A DNA stretch of 64,000 bases from Gemmatimonadota bacterium (lineage in GTDB: Bacteria; Gemmatimonadota; Gemmatimonadetes; Palauibacterales; Palauibacteraceae), in NCBI GenBank assembly GCA_039589875.1, contig JBDHGL010000011.1, positions 16,282 through 80,281 on the forward strand, read 5' to 3'. The notes under the pieces were generated by a model that saw nothing but the letters and a program-made list of their open reading frames with translations, had not been told where the DNA came from and searched no databases. Positions 9,788-18,708 of this stretch are shown here, piece by piece; position 1 is the first letter of the stretch; the number at the start of each line of letters is the position of its first letter. A program made the position numbers and the translations under genes.

Positions 9788-10687
9788 TCAGCTCTCTCGG
9801 ACCGCGTGCCCGCCGAACTGGTTCCGCAGGGCCGCGATCACCTGGTGCGAAAACCTTCGCTGGGCGCGCGAGTCGAAGCGTTCGAACAGGGAGCCTGCGA
9901 TGGCCGGAACGGGGATCGCTTTCTCGAGAGCGTAGTCCACCGTCCAGCGTCCGGTTCCGGAGTCGTCGATCCAGGGTTCGATGCGCGCCAGCTCGTTGCC
10001 CTCCGACTCCAAAGCACCCTCCAGGAGCTCGAGCAGCCAGCTTCGGATCACCGAGCCGTTCTGCCACAGCCGGGCGATCTGCTCGAGGTCGAGGTCGAAG
10101 TCGGAACGTCGCAGGCACTCGAACCCTTCGCCCAGAGCCTCCAGCATGGCGTACTCGATGGCGTTGTGGATCATCTTCACGAAGTGCCCGGCCCCGTTTC
10201 CGCCCACATGAGCGAAGCCGTTCTTCGGGGCGAGTGACCGAAACACCGGCGCGAGCCGCTCGACGGCCTCTTTCGGTCCCCCGACCATCAGGTTGTAGCC
10301 GATCTCGAGCCCCCACACACCTCCACTGACGCCGACGTCCAAGAAGAGGATGTCCTGCTCCGCGCAGAGTCGGGCGTGTTCGACCGACTCCGTGTATAAA
10401 GAGTTGCCGCCGTCCACGATCAGATCGCCTGGGTCGAGCGAGCCGCGAAGGGTCGCGATGGTGGTCTGGGTGGGCTTTCCATGCGGAACCATCACCCAGA
10501 GCGCTCGTGGAGCGGGCAGCGCGTCGACCAACTCCTCCAGCGACCCAGAGACCGCCACGCCGAGCTCTTCAGCCACTCTGGCATTCTCTTCGGACAGATC
10601 GAAGCCGACGACGGAGATGCCATCCCGTATGAGCCGCTGCGCCATGTTGGCGCCCATTCTTCCGAGCCCCACGAGACCGATCTTCAT
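9788..10687 (-). CDS. gnd: 6-phosphogluconate dehydrogenase (decarboxylating), short ~300-aa type
   Basis: MKIGLVGLGRMGANMAQRL Rossmann start; GNGAGHFVKMIHNAIEYA. The ORF-track N-extension to 10795 overlaps tal-pgi and is unlikely. Confidence 0.9.
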   Translation of the reverse strand: MKIGLVGLGRMGANMAQRLIRDGISVVGFDLSEENARVAEELGVAVSGSLEELVDALPAPRALWVMVPHGKPTQTTIATLRGSLDPGDLIVDGGNSLYTESVEHARLCAEQDILFLDVGVSGGVWGLEIGYNLMVGGPKEAVERLAPVFRSLAPKNGFAHVGGNGAGHFVKMIHNAIEYAMLEALGEGFECLRRSDFDLDLEQIARLWQNGSVIRSWLLELLEGALESEGNELARIEPWIDDSGTGRWTVDYALEKAIPVPAIAGSLFERFDSRAQRRFSHQVIAALRNQFGGHAVRES

Positions 10688-10709
10688 CGCTGGTTCCACG
10701 GTCGAAGGG

Positions 10710-13544
10710 TCAGGACTCAGTGGCCAGCCGGGCAAGCGCCTGGTCGACGTCCGTGCCCAGGTGGATCCGGGCCACCCTTCGGCCTCGGGTGGCAAGCGTG
10801 CGGAAGTCTCCGAGAGCTTGAGCCAGCATCAGCCGCCCGAAGCCGCCCTCCTGACCCGGGATCTCGACCTCCTCCGGCGGGCTCGTGGTGAGAAGGATGT
10901 AGATCCCGCTGCCCGGCCCGCCTTTGTGGAGCTGGCCGGTGGAGTGCAGATAGCGCGGTCCATATCCGAGCGTCGTGGCCACGCCGTGTTCGGACATGAG
11001 CCGTTCGCGAAGCGCGCTGAGAACGCCATCTCGCTCGGAAGTTTCCGCGAAGTACGGAAGCAGCGCCACATAGTCCCCGTCACCGGCCAGGCCGGCGATC
11101 GACTGGATCGCGTCGACTGGCGAGCCGTTGGAGACCGGCAAGGCGGTCGCACCGCCCCAGTAGACAGCGAGCTGATCGTCGCTTGCCAAGGGAGATTCGT
11201 CCGCCGGGGCATCCTCTCCCTTCCACGTCGACAGAACCTCCCGAGCGTTTCGCTTGCTCTCTTCGACGTTGGGCTGATCAAACGGATTGATGCCGAGCAC
11301 GGCGCCGGCTGTGGCCACGGCGAACTCCCAGCGGAAGAATTCTCCGCCGATGGCCCGGAGGTCGGGCAGCGTGGTCCGGATGACCGGATGGTGTGACGCG
11401 AGCCGATCCAGGTCCGCCGAAACCGCCTCCTGCTCGTCCGGGAGCCCCAGCCAGACGAAGACGCGATCGCTACCGTAGTCCGCCGGGTCCGCGAGAGGCT
11501 CATCGGCGATCGGCACCAGGCCGTTTCCCTCTTTCCCGGTGCTCTCGGCCAGCAGCTGCTCCGCCCACAGGCCGAACGAATCGAACGCCCCGGATCCCGT
11601 GAAGGTCACCTTGTCGCGCCCGCCTCGCGCCAGAACCGCGAGGGCCGCTCCCAAACGGGCTCCGGGGTTGTGTCCTGCCGGGACGAAGGGACCGCACAGC
11701 TCACGCATCGCCCGCGCGCTCTCGAGGATCTCGCCGACCGGAAGACCGGCGAGGCCCATCGGCAGGAGACCGAAATACGAGAGCACCGAGTAACGCCCGC
11801 CGATGTCCGGAGGGTTCTCGTAACAGGCCCGAAAGCCGCTCTCAGCGGCCTCTTCGGCCAGAGGCGTGCCCGGATCAGTGATCGCGACGAAATGACTCCC
11901 GGCGTCCTGGACGGCCGCGGCCTCCTCCGCTCGCGCCCGGAAGAACCGGTAGAAGCTCATCGTCTCCAAGGTCGTTCCGGACTTGCTGGCAACAAGAAAC
12001 AGGGTGGAAGCGAGGTCGATCTGTCGCTCGATCGCCCGCACCGAGGCGGGATCGGTGCTGTCCAGAACGAAGAGATCCGGCCAGCCTTCCTGTCGACCGA
12101 ACGTCCGGCGTGCGACTTCGGCCGCCAGGCTGCTGCCTCCCATTCCGAGGAGCACCACCGATCGGGTGCCCTCGTCCCGGACGAGCTCGGCGAACTCGAG
12201 AATCTGAGGAATCCTCTCGCAGAACGACTCCACGGAGTCCAGCCACCCGAGTCGCTCTCTGATCGATTCGGCTTCGTCGGGATCCCAGGCCCCCCAGACG
12301 GATGCGTCCCTCGCGTAGACTCGACGTCCGAACTGCATCTCCTGTAGGGCAGTGAGGTGCTTGGCTACAGACGCTTCATCGCCGCCGAGAGCCGCATGGA
12401 CGGTCGAGAGCTCGCTCGCTCGCGCTTCGCGCATCCGCTCGACGATCGTGACCATCAGCTTGTCGAACGGCTCGATGAATGCCTGGACGCCCTCGTTCTC
12501 CAGCTGCCAGGTGACCGTCGCGAAGTCGATCCCGACAGCCGCCAGCTCCTCCAACACCTGCTCCGCTGCTTCGAGGCCGTCCGTGACCGTGTTCGAGACC
12601 TCGCCGTGGTCGGCAAAGGCTTCGATCGTCGAGTTCGGAAGGGTGTTTACGGTATCGGGTCCGATCAGCGGCTCCACGTAGCGCACATCGTCGTACAAAG
12701 GGTTTTTCGTGCTCGTGGAGGCCCAGAGCATCCTCTGCGGATGCGCTCCCCGGCTGGCCAACGCCTGCCACCGCTCTCCCGCCGTGAGGTCGAGAAACCT
12801 GCGATAGGCGAGCTTGGCGTTCGCTACGGCCGCCTTGCCCAGCAGGCGTTCCGGCCGTGGATCCGTCGCGGGGCCCACGGAGATCCTTTGCCCAAGCAGC
12901 CGATCGGTCAGGGAGTCGATCCGGCTGAGGAAGAAGCTGGCCACGGACGCCACGTCGTCGATGGGCATGCCCTCTCCCTGTCGCCTCTCGAGCCCACGCA
13001 TGTAGGCAAGCGCGATCGCTTCGTAGCTCTCGATCGAGAAGAGAAGGGTGATGTTGACGTTGACGCCGTGATAAATGCACTCCTCGATCGCCGGAACGCC
13101 CGCGGCGGTGCCCGGGATTTTGATGAGCACGTTCGGTCGGGCCACCCAGGCGTACAGCCGGAGCGCTTCCGCCGTCGTGCCGTCGGTATCGTGCGCCAGA
13201 TAAGGCGAGACCTCCAGGCTGACGTAACCGTCCACCCCGGACGACTCTTCCCAGACGGGCCGCAACGCATCACAAGCATCCTGGATGTCGCGGACGACGA
13301 GCTCCTCGTAGATGTCGCCCACCGATCGCCCGGCGGCGATGAGCTCCGACATCTGCTCGTCGTAGTCGCGCCCCTGCGAGATGGCCTTGTTGAAGATGGC
13401 CGGGTTGGAGGTGACGCCCCGCAGTCCCTCCTCCCGAACGAGCCGCTCGAGCTCGCCGCTCTGGATCATCCCGCGGGTCAGGTTGTCGAGCCAGTAGCTC
13501 TGCCCGTATTCGAGGAGCTCTTGGAGAGCGTTCATCGCTGCCAT
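10710..13544 (-). CDS. Bifunctional transaldolase / glucose-6-phosphate isomerase fusion
   Basis: N-terminal transaldolase (QSYWLDNLTR, GVTSNPAIF, IKIPGT) is followed in the same ORF by a PGI domain (VLLGMGGSSLAAEV, ASKSGTTLET). An alternative ATG 13535 forms an ATGA overlap with the rpiB stop. Confidence 0.9.
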   Translation of the reverse strand: MAAMNALQELLEYGQSYWLDNLTRGMIQSGELERLVREEGLRGVTSNPAIFNKAISQGRDYDEQMSELIAAGRSVGDIYEELVVRDIQDACDALRPVWEESSGVDGYVSLEVSPYLAHDTDGTTAEALRLYAWVARPNVLIKIPGTAAGVPAIEECIYHGVNVNITLLFSIESYEAIALAYMRGLERRQGEGMPIDDVASVASFFLSRIDSLTDRLLGQRISVGPATDPRPERLLGKAAVANAKLAYRRFLDLTAGERWQALASRGAHPQRMLWASTSTKNPLYDDVRYVEPLIGPDTVNTLPNSTIEAFADHGEVSNTVTDGLEAAEQVLEELAAVGIDFATVTWQLENEGVQAFIEPFDKLMVTIVERMREARASELSTVHAALGGDEASVAKHLTALQEMQFGRRVYARDASVWGAWDPDEAESIRERLGWLDSVESFCERIPQILEFAELVRDEGTRSVVLLGMGGSSLAAEVARRTFGRQEGWPDLFVLDSTDPASVRAIERQIDLASTLFLVASKSGTTLETMSFYRFFRARAEEAAAVQDAGSHFVAITDPGTPLAEEAAESGFRACYENPPDIGGRYSVLSYFGLLPMGLAGLPVGEILESARAMRELCGPFVPAGHNPGARLGAALAVLARGGRDKVTFTGSGAFDSFGLWAEQLLAESTGKEGNGLVPIADEPLADPADYGSDRVFVWLGLPDEQEAVSADLDRLASHHPVIRTTLPDLRAIGGEFFRWEFAVATAGAVLGINPFDQPNVEESKRNAREVLSTWKGEDAPADESPLASDDQLAVYWGGATALPVSNGSPVDAIQSIAGLAGDGDYVALLPYFAETSERDGVLSALRERLMSEHGVATTLGYGPRYLHSTGQLHKGGPGSGIYILLTTSPPEEVEIPGQEGGFGRLMLAQALGDFRTLATRGRRVARIHLGTDVDQALARLATES

Positions 13545-13984
13545 CTCTTCTCGATGGCGAGCACCTTGTCCAGCCGGCGCTGAAAGCGCTCTTCCGTCTG
13601 GTAGCGGGCGCCCAGGAATCTCAGGAGGATCTCGCGGGCCAGCTCGATGCCGATAATTCTCTCACCCATGCAGAGCACGTTCATGTCATCGTGCTCGACG
13701 CCCTGGTGGGCCGAATAGGTGTCGTGACAGATCCCGGCTCGTACGCCGGGCACCTTGTTGGCCGCCACGCAGACGCCGACTGCGCTTCCACAGATCAGAA
13801 CTCCGCGCTCTGCCTCACCGTTCCGCACCGCGAGCGCCACCTTCTCCGCATAGTCCGGGTAGTCGGCGGGTTCCCGGCTCTCGGTGCCGACGTCGATGAC
13901 CTCGTGGCCCTCTTCACTCATGAGCCGGCCGAGCGCCTCTTTGTAACCGAAGCCGGCGTGATCGGCGCCGATGGCGATACGCAC
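13532..13984 (-). CDS. rpiB: Ribose-5-phosphate isomerase B
   Basis: VRIAIGADHAGFGYKEAL, ICGSAVGVCVAANK, HDDMNVLCMGERI. GTG 13984 is 8 nt after the tkt stop. Confidence 0.9.
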   Translation of the reverse strand: MRIAIGADHAGFGYKEALGRLMSEEGHEVIDVGTESREPADYPDYAEKVALAVRNGEAERGVLICGSAVGVCVAANKVPGVRAGICHDTYSAHQGVEHDDMNVLCMGERIIGIELAREILLRFLGARYQTEERFQRRLDKVLAIEKRWQR

Positions 13985-13992
13985 GAAGGCCC

Positions 13993-16089
13993 CTACGAGG
14001 TTCGGAGGAGGTCGCGAGCCTGGTCCACCACTCGCTCGACCGTAAAGCCCAGATGACGGAAGACCTCCGCCGTGGGAGCGCTCGCTCCAAACCGGTCGAC
14101 ACCGATCGAGGCGCCCCGGTCGCCGACCCACTCGCGCCAGCCCATCGTCGCTCCCGCCTCGATCGAGAGCCTCGCCGGCACGTCCGGCGGCAGCACCGAG
14201 GATCGGTACTCTGCATCCTGTTCCCGAAAGAGATCCCAGCTCGGCATGCTGACGACGCGGGCGTCGATTCCATCCGAACCGAGGGCGTCGCGAGCCTCGA
14301 GCGCGAGCGCCACTTCCGAGCCGCTCGCCAAGAGCACGACGTCCGGCCGCTCCCCGGCTTCGCGGGCGAGAACATAGGCGCCCCGTGGAAGCCCGGCGGC
14401 GAGCCCGAGCTCGGAGCGGTCAAGAATCGGGAGCTTTTGACGCGAGAGCACCAGCATCGTGGGTCCGTCCAGCCGCTCGATCGCGACCCGCCAAGCGGCC
14501 GCGACCTCGTTGGCATCGGCCGGCCGGATCAGGCAGAGACCGGGCATCGCGCGCAGCGACGCCAGGTGCTCGACGGGCTGATGGGTGGGGCCGTCCTCTC
14601 CCAGGCCGATCGAGTCGTGGGTCATCACGTAGATCACGGGCAGCCGCATCATGGCGGCGAGCCGGATCGCCGGGCGTGCATAATCCGTGAAGATGAAGAA
14701 CGTGGCCGCGTAGGGGCGGACTCCGCCGTGCAGCGCCATGCCGTTGCACGCGCCGGTCATCCCATGCTCCCGAACCCCCCAGTGGAGGTTCCGTTCGCCG
14801 ATGGAATCGGCCTGCAGGCTACCGGAAGCCGAGATGAGCGTCTTGGTCGATCCGGCCAGATCGGCGCTGCCACCGATGAGCCACGGAATCCGCTCGGCGA
14901 ACCCGTTCAGCACCTTCCCGGACGCTGCTCGCGTGGCGATTGGCCCGTCGTCCGGCGCGAAGATCGGAATCCCCGTTTCCCAGCCGTCCGGCGGCACGCC
15001 CGCGAGCGCGTCCTCAAAGGCTGCCGCGGCCTCCGGGTGAGCCGCTCGATAGGCTCCGAGCCGGCCGTTCCACTCCTCCTCCAGCCGCCCTCCGCGCTCC
15101 ACCGCCTCCCCCAAATGCCGGGAGACCTGGTCGGGGACCAAGAACGTCTCATCCTCCGGCCAACCGTAGGCTCTCTTGGTCAGCCGGATCTCATCCTCAC
15201 CGAGCGGCGCTCCGTGTGCGTCGGCGGTGTCCTGTTTGTGCGGGGAGCCGAAGGCGATGTGCGAGCGAACTACGATCAGGGAGGGTCGGGCCGATTCGTC
15301 GCGTGCGGCAGCGATCGCCGCATCCAGTGCGGGCAGATCGTTCGCGCTGTCTCCGAGGTTCTGGACATGCCACCCGTATCCTTCGAACCGGCTGACCACA
15401 TCATCGGACAGGGCGAGCTCCGTGCTGCCCTCGATCGTGATCCGGTTGTCGTCATACACCCAGATCAGCTTCGCGAGGCCGAGGTGGCCCGCCAGGGAGG
15501 CAGCCTCGTGCGAAGCCCCTTCCATCATGTCGCCATCCGAGCAGATGGCGTACGTGTAATGGTCCACGATGTCGTGGCCGGGCCGGTTGAACGTCGCCGC
15601 CAGATGGGCCTCGGCCAAAGCCATTCCGACAGAGTTCATCGCGCCCTGACCGAGCGGTCCCGTCGTCGTCTCGACACCCGGCGTCTCGAAGGATTCCGGG
15701 TGGCCAGGCGTCTTGCTGCCCCACTGCCGGAAGCGTCGGATATCCTCGAGGGTTAGGTCGAAGCCGGTGAGATGAAGCGTCGCGTACAGAAGCATCGAGG
15801 CATGACCGGCCGACAGGACGAAGCGATCCCGGTCGAACCACTCGGGGTTCTTCGGATTGTACCGCATGTGGCGTGCGTACAGCGTGTACGCCAGCGGAGC
15901 CAGAGCCATAGGTGCGCCCGGATGTCCCGAGTTCGCCTTCTGAACCGCGTCCATGGCCAGCGTGCGTATCGTGTTGATCGACAGCTCCTCGATCGCTGCG
16001 CCTTCCACGTCGGCCTCGTCTGTCGGTTGCTCGAGCACGCCGGTAGCGCTCCCTGTCTCGGCTTTGGTCTCGTCCCCTCGTTCGCTCAC
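13993..16089 (-). CDS. tkt: Transketolase
   Basis: [44 protein letters not shown]. Confidence 0.97.
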   Translation of the reverse strand: MSERGDETKAETGSATGVLEQPTDEADVEGAAIEELSINTIRTLAMDAVQKANSGHPGAPMALAPLAYTLYARHMRYNPKNPEWFDRDRFVLSAGHASMLLYATLHLTGFDLTLEDIRRFRQWGSKTPGHPESFETPGVETTTGPLGQGAMNSVGMALAEAHLAATFNRPGHDIVDHYTYAICSDGDMMEGASHEAASLAGHLGLAKLIWVYDDNRITIEGSTELALSDDVVSRFEGYGWHVQNLGDSANDLPALDAAIAAARDESARPSLIVVRSHIAFGSPHKQDTADAHGAPLGEDEIRLTKRAYGWPEDETFLVPDQVSRHLGEAVERGGRLEEEWNGRLGAYRAAHPEAAAAFEDALAGVPPDGWETGIPIFAPDDGPIATRAASGKVLNGFAERIPWLIGGSADLAGSTKTLISASGSLQADSIGERNLHWGVREHGMTGACNGMALHGGVRPYAATFFIFTDYARPAIRLAAMMRLPVIYVMTHDSIGLGEDGPTHQPVEHLASLRAMPGLCLIRPADANEVAAAWRVAIERLDGPTMLVLSRQKLPILDRSELGLAAGLPRGAYVLAREAGERPDVVLLASGSEVALALEARDALGSDGIDARVVSMPSWDLFREQDAEYRSSVLPPDVPARLSIEAGATMGWREWVGDRGASIGVDRFGASAPTAEVFRHLGFTVERVVDQARDLLRTS

Positions 16090-16141
16090 TGTCTTCCTGT
16101 CGGTTTGTGGTGTTTCGACTCCTCGATCGGCCTGGTGTCCG

Positions 16142-16588
16142 TCAGCTCTTCCCGGATCGGTCCAGCAGCCTGGCTACCAGTCGATTCGTCGCATCGAGGG
16201 TCGCCGTGGCGGCTGTCCGGGCCAAGTCCCCCCCCGAGGGCACGGCGCCCACGGTCTGGGCGGGATGCTCTTCGACGGTCCGCACGCACACCAGGACAAC
16301 GCGCGTATCGAATGCCGGCACGATCTTGATCCCGACGAGGCGAAAGTACTCGGGTTGTCCCGTCGCCTGTCCGATCGCGTCCAGTGTCGCCAGCACGGCG
16401 AGGCGCGGCTCCAGCAGATCGGCGCCGACGCCTTCGGTCTCGCCTGTAAACTCGCTCTCGGTACCGGACGTGTCTCGAAGCGAGAGCGTAACTCGCACCT
16501 CGGCGCCGGATCCCGGTGTTCGGGTCAACTCCGACGAGACGAACCTGAGCCTCGGCTCTGAGCGGGCGGCTTGTCGTTGATCGTTCAA
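16142..16588 (-). CDS. Hypothetical protein (~148 aa) heading the PPP operon
   Basis: Only the 3' third of ORF 16142..17236 has gene-like G/C third positions. Sequence: ...[27 protein letters not shown]...[12 protein letters not shown]...[11 protein letters not shown]...[16 protein letters not shown]. The start is uncertain (TTG 16588, TTG 16528 or GTG 16498) and no family was recognised. Confidence 0.5.
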   Translation of the reverse strand: MNDQRQAARSEPRLRFVSSELTRTPGSGAEVRVTLSLRDTSGTESEFTGETEGVGADLLEPRLAVLATLDAIGQATGQPEYFRLVGIKIVPAFDTRVVLVCVRTVEEHPAQTVGAVPSGGDLARTAATATLDATNRLVARLLDRSGKS

Positions 16589-16630
16589 AAGGTCACCATG
16601 GCGAGTTAGGGATCGCCGTAAGCTATCCGC

Positions 16631-17545
16631 GTGGATTCGATGAATAAAGACGGCCTTCTGGACGGTTCGGAATCCGCTTCTGCCGAATGGCTCGTGGTAA
16701 AGGTCGGGGCCGGTGAGGTGGGCCAAGCGGCGAGCCAGGCAATAGCGGATTGTCTGCTGAAGATCGGGGGAACGGCCGTCGAGCAGTCGCCGGACGGCGG
16801 CTTCACGACGTGGGTCCGGCCGCTCGTGGAGCCGGAGGAGGTGGAGCGAGAGGTGCGCTCTCGGCTGGCGGAGCACCTGGCGGTGTCCGACGTCACGTGC
16901 TGGCTGGAACCCGACCGTGACTGGCTCCGCGCATGGCGGTTGGGGCTGGAGGCTCGCCGCGTCGGCTCCAGAATCGTGATCTCGCCTTCGTGGCTGGCGC
17001 CGCCGTCCCGCTCCGAGGACATCCTGATCCGGGTTGACCCGCAGATGGCATTCGGAACGGGCGAGCACGGAAGTACGCGGACCGCTATTCGACTGCTCGA
17101 GGAGAGCGTGTCGGCTGGGGAGCGCGTACTGGACATCGGTACGGGCAGCGGAATTCTGGCGATCGCGGCAGCCCGGCTGGGAGCCTCCGTAGTCGCGCTC
17201 GAGGCCGATCCCGACGCGGTCCGGACGGCGAAGCACAACGTTCGAGAGAATGACGTCGAGCGGCGGGTCCGCGTCGTGAACCTGATCGTTGACGAGGCCG
17301 TGCTGCGGCTGCTGACGGGCGCGCGCTACGACCTGATTCTCGCCAACGTCGACCTCGGCTTCACCCGGCCGCTGCTTCCCTGCGTGAAGAGGCTGGTCGA
17401 ACCGGACGGTCGGCTCGTCGCGGCCGGAATCCTCGTCGAGGAGACGGACGGTTTCCTGGCGGCTGCCGAGAAAGCGGGGCTCGTGCTTCTGCGACAGGAA
17501 GTGGACGACGGCTGGTGGGGCGGCCTCCTTACGCCCTCGAAGTGA
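16631..17545 (+). CDS. prmA: Ribosomal protein L11 methyltransferase
   Basis: FGTGEHGSTRTAIRLLE, VLDIGTGSGILAIAAARLGA, ANV. Confidence 0.9.
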   Translation: MDSMNKDGLLDGSESASAEWLVVKVGAGEVGQAASQAIADCLLKIGGTAVEQSPDGGFTTWVRPLVEPEEVEREVRSRLAEHLAVSDVTCWLEPDRDWLRAWRLGLEARRVGSRIVISPSWLAPPSRSEDILIRVDPQMAFGTGEHGSTRTAIRLLEESVSAGERVLDIGTGSGILAIAAARLGASVVALEADPDAVRTAKHNVRENDVERRVRVVNLIVDEAVLRLLTGARYDLILANVDLGFTRPLLPCVKRLVEPDGRLVAAGILVEETDGFLAAAEKAGLVLLRQEVDDGWWGGLLTPSK

Positions 17546-17555
17546 GCGGCCTAGC

Positions 17556-18338
17556 TTGCGGGATGCGATCCGAGATATGCCGGTGACCGACGGCCCGAGC
17601 CTTCTGGCAGGGGATCTCGGCCGGCGTTCTCACGGCGAGATGGTGCCGATCGACGAGGACGGCGCCGGACACCTTCGCGCGGCCCGGACCCGGCCGGGTG
17701 ACGAGCTTCGGCTCACCGATGGCCGGGGTTCGCTATGGAGCGCTCGGCTGGTAGCGCTCGACCGCCACGGAGCTCGGTGCACATTGATCGATGAGCTGAC
17801 CGCTCCCTCCGACCTCGCAGTCGAGCTCGCCTTTGGAATCGCCGCGAAACATCGCACGCTGTGGCTGGTCGAAAAGGCCGTCGAGCTCGGAGTGGAGGCG
17901 CTCCAGCCGATCGAGTTCGCCCGATCGCGCTCGGTATCGGATGCGGCGCGCTCGCCCGAATTCTGGCGGAAGGCCGACCGCCGGGCCGTGGCGGCCATGC
18001 TGCAGTGCGGAGGAGCTTCTCTCCCGTCCCTGGGCCGGCCGCGCGAGCTCGCGTCATACCTGAAGGAGCTCGAAACGGCGAAAGGGATCAAGATCGTGCT
18101 GGATACCGGAGGCGATCTCCCTCTGCTGGAGGCGCTCGGCGACTGGCCAGGCCGAGGGACGCGGGCACGCTTGCTCGTCGGGCCGGAGGGCGGCATGACG
18201 AAGGACGAGCGCGCCGCTTGTCGATCGGCTGGCTTGCGCTTCGCGTTCGTCGGCGACCGGACACTACGGTTCGAGACCGCGGCTCTTGCCGCGGCGACCG
18301 CTGCTCGCCTCCTGTCGGTGCGTGTAGCAGCGACGTAG
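17556..18338 (+). CDS. rsmE: 16S rRNA (uracil1498-N3)-methyltransferase
   Basis: RLTDGRGSLWSARL, VEKAVELGVEALQPI, LLVGPEGGMTKDE. Conserved prmA-rsmE pairing. TTG start (ATG 17577 is an alternative). Confidence 0.85.
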   Translation: MRDAIRDMPVTDGPSLLAGDLGRRSHGEMVPIDEDGAGHLRAARTRPGDELRLTDGRGSLWSARLVALDRHGARCTLIDELTAPSDLAVELAFGIAAKHRTLWLVEKAVELGVEALQPIEFARSRSVSDAARSPEFWRKADRRAVAAMLQCGGASLPSLGRPRELASYLKELETAKGIKIVLDTGGDLPLLEALGDWPGRGTRARLLVGPEGGMTKDERAACRSAGLRFAFVGDRTLRFETAALAAATAARLLSVRVAAT

Positions 18339-18368
18339 GGATCGGCCGGCGAAAGACGGAGGACGATA

Positions 18369-18707
18369 ATGGACTGCCTGTTCTGCAAGATCGTCGATGG
18401 GACTCTGCCGACGGATCGTGTTGCCGACGGCGATGGTTGGATCGCCTTCCGGGACGTGAATCCGCAGGCGCCGACGCATGTGCTGGTAGTGCCGTGCGAG
18501 CACATCGAGAGCATCTCGGCGCTCGGAGAGGCCGACTCGGAGCTCGGCGGGGCGCTCCTGCGAGCCGCGGCGGATGTGGCCCGCCAGGAGGGCCTGGGAG
18601 CCGGGTACCGCGTGGTGGCGAATACCGGTGCCGATGGTGGGCAGACCGTGCCTCACCTCCATCTCCACGTGCTGGGCGGCCGCGCACTCCACTGGCCGCC
18701 CGGCTGA
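18369..18707 (+). CDS. HIT-family (histidine triad) nucleotide hydrolase
   Basis: CLFCKIVDG, APTHVLVVP, histidine triad VPHLHLHVLGG. GGAGGA Shine-Dalgarno (SD) upstream. Confidence 0.9.
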   Translation: MDCLFCKIVDGTLPTDRVADGDGWIAFRDVNPQAPTHVLVVPCEHIESISALGEADSELGGALLRAAADVARQEGLGAGYRVVANTGADGGQTVPHLHLHVLGGRALHWPPG

Positions 18708-18708
18708 G

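Noticed and set aside
14053-15756. 567-aa ORF on the + strand
   Set aside because: It is entirely antisense to transketolase. The R/G/P/A-rich translation has no motifs and is typical stop-poor antisense in GC-rich DNA. The same applies to 12357..13583 and 10350..11396, which are antisense to tal-pgi.
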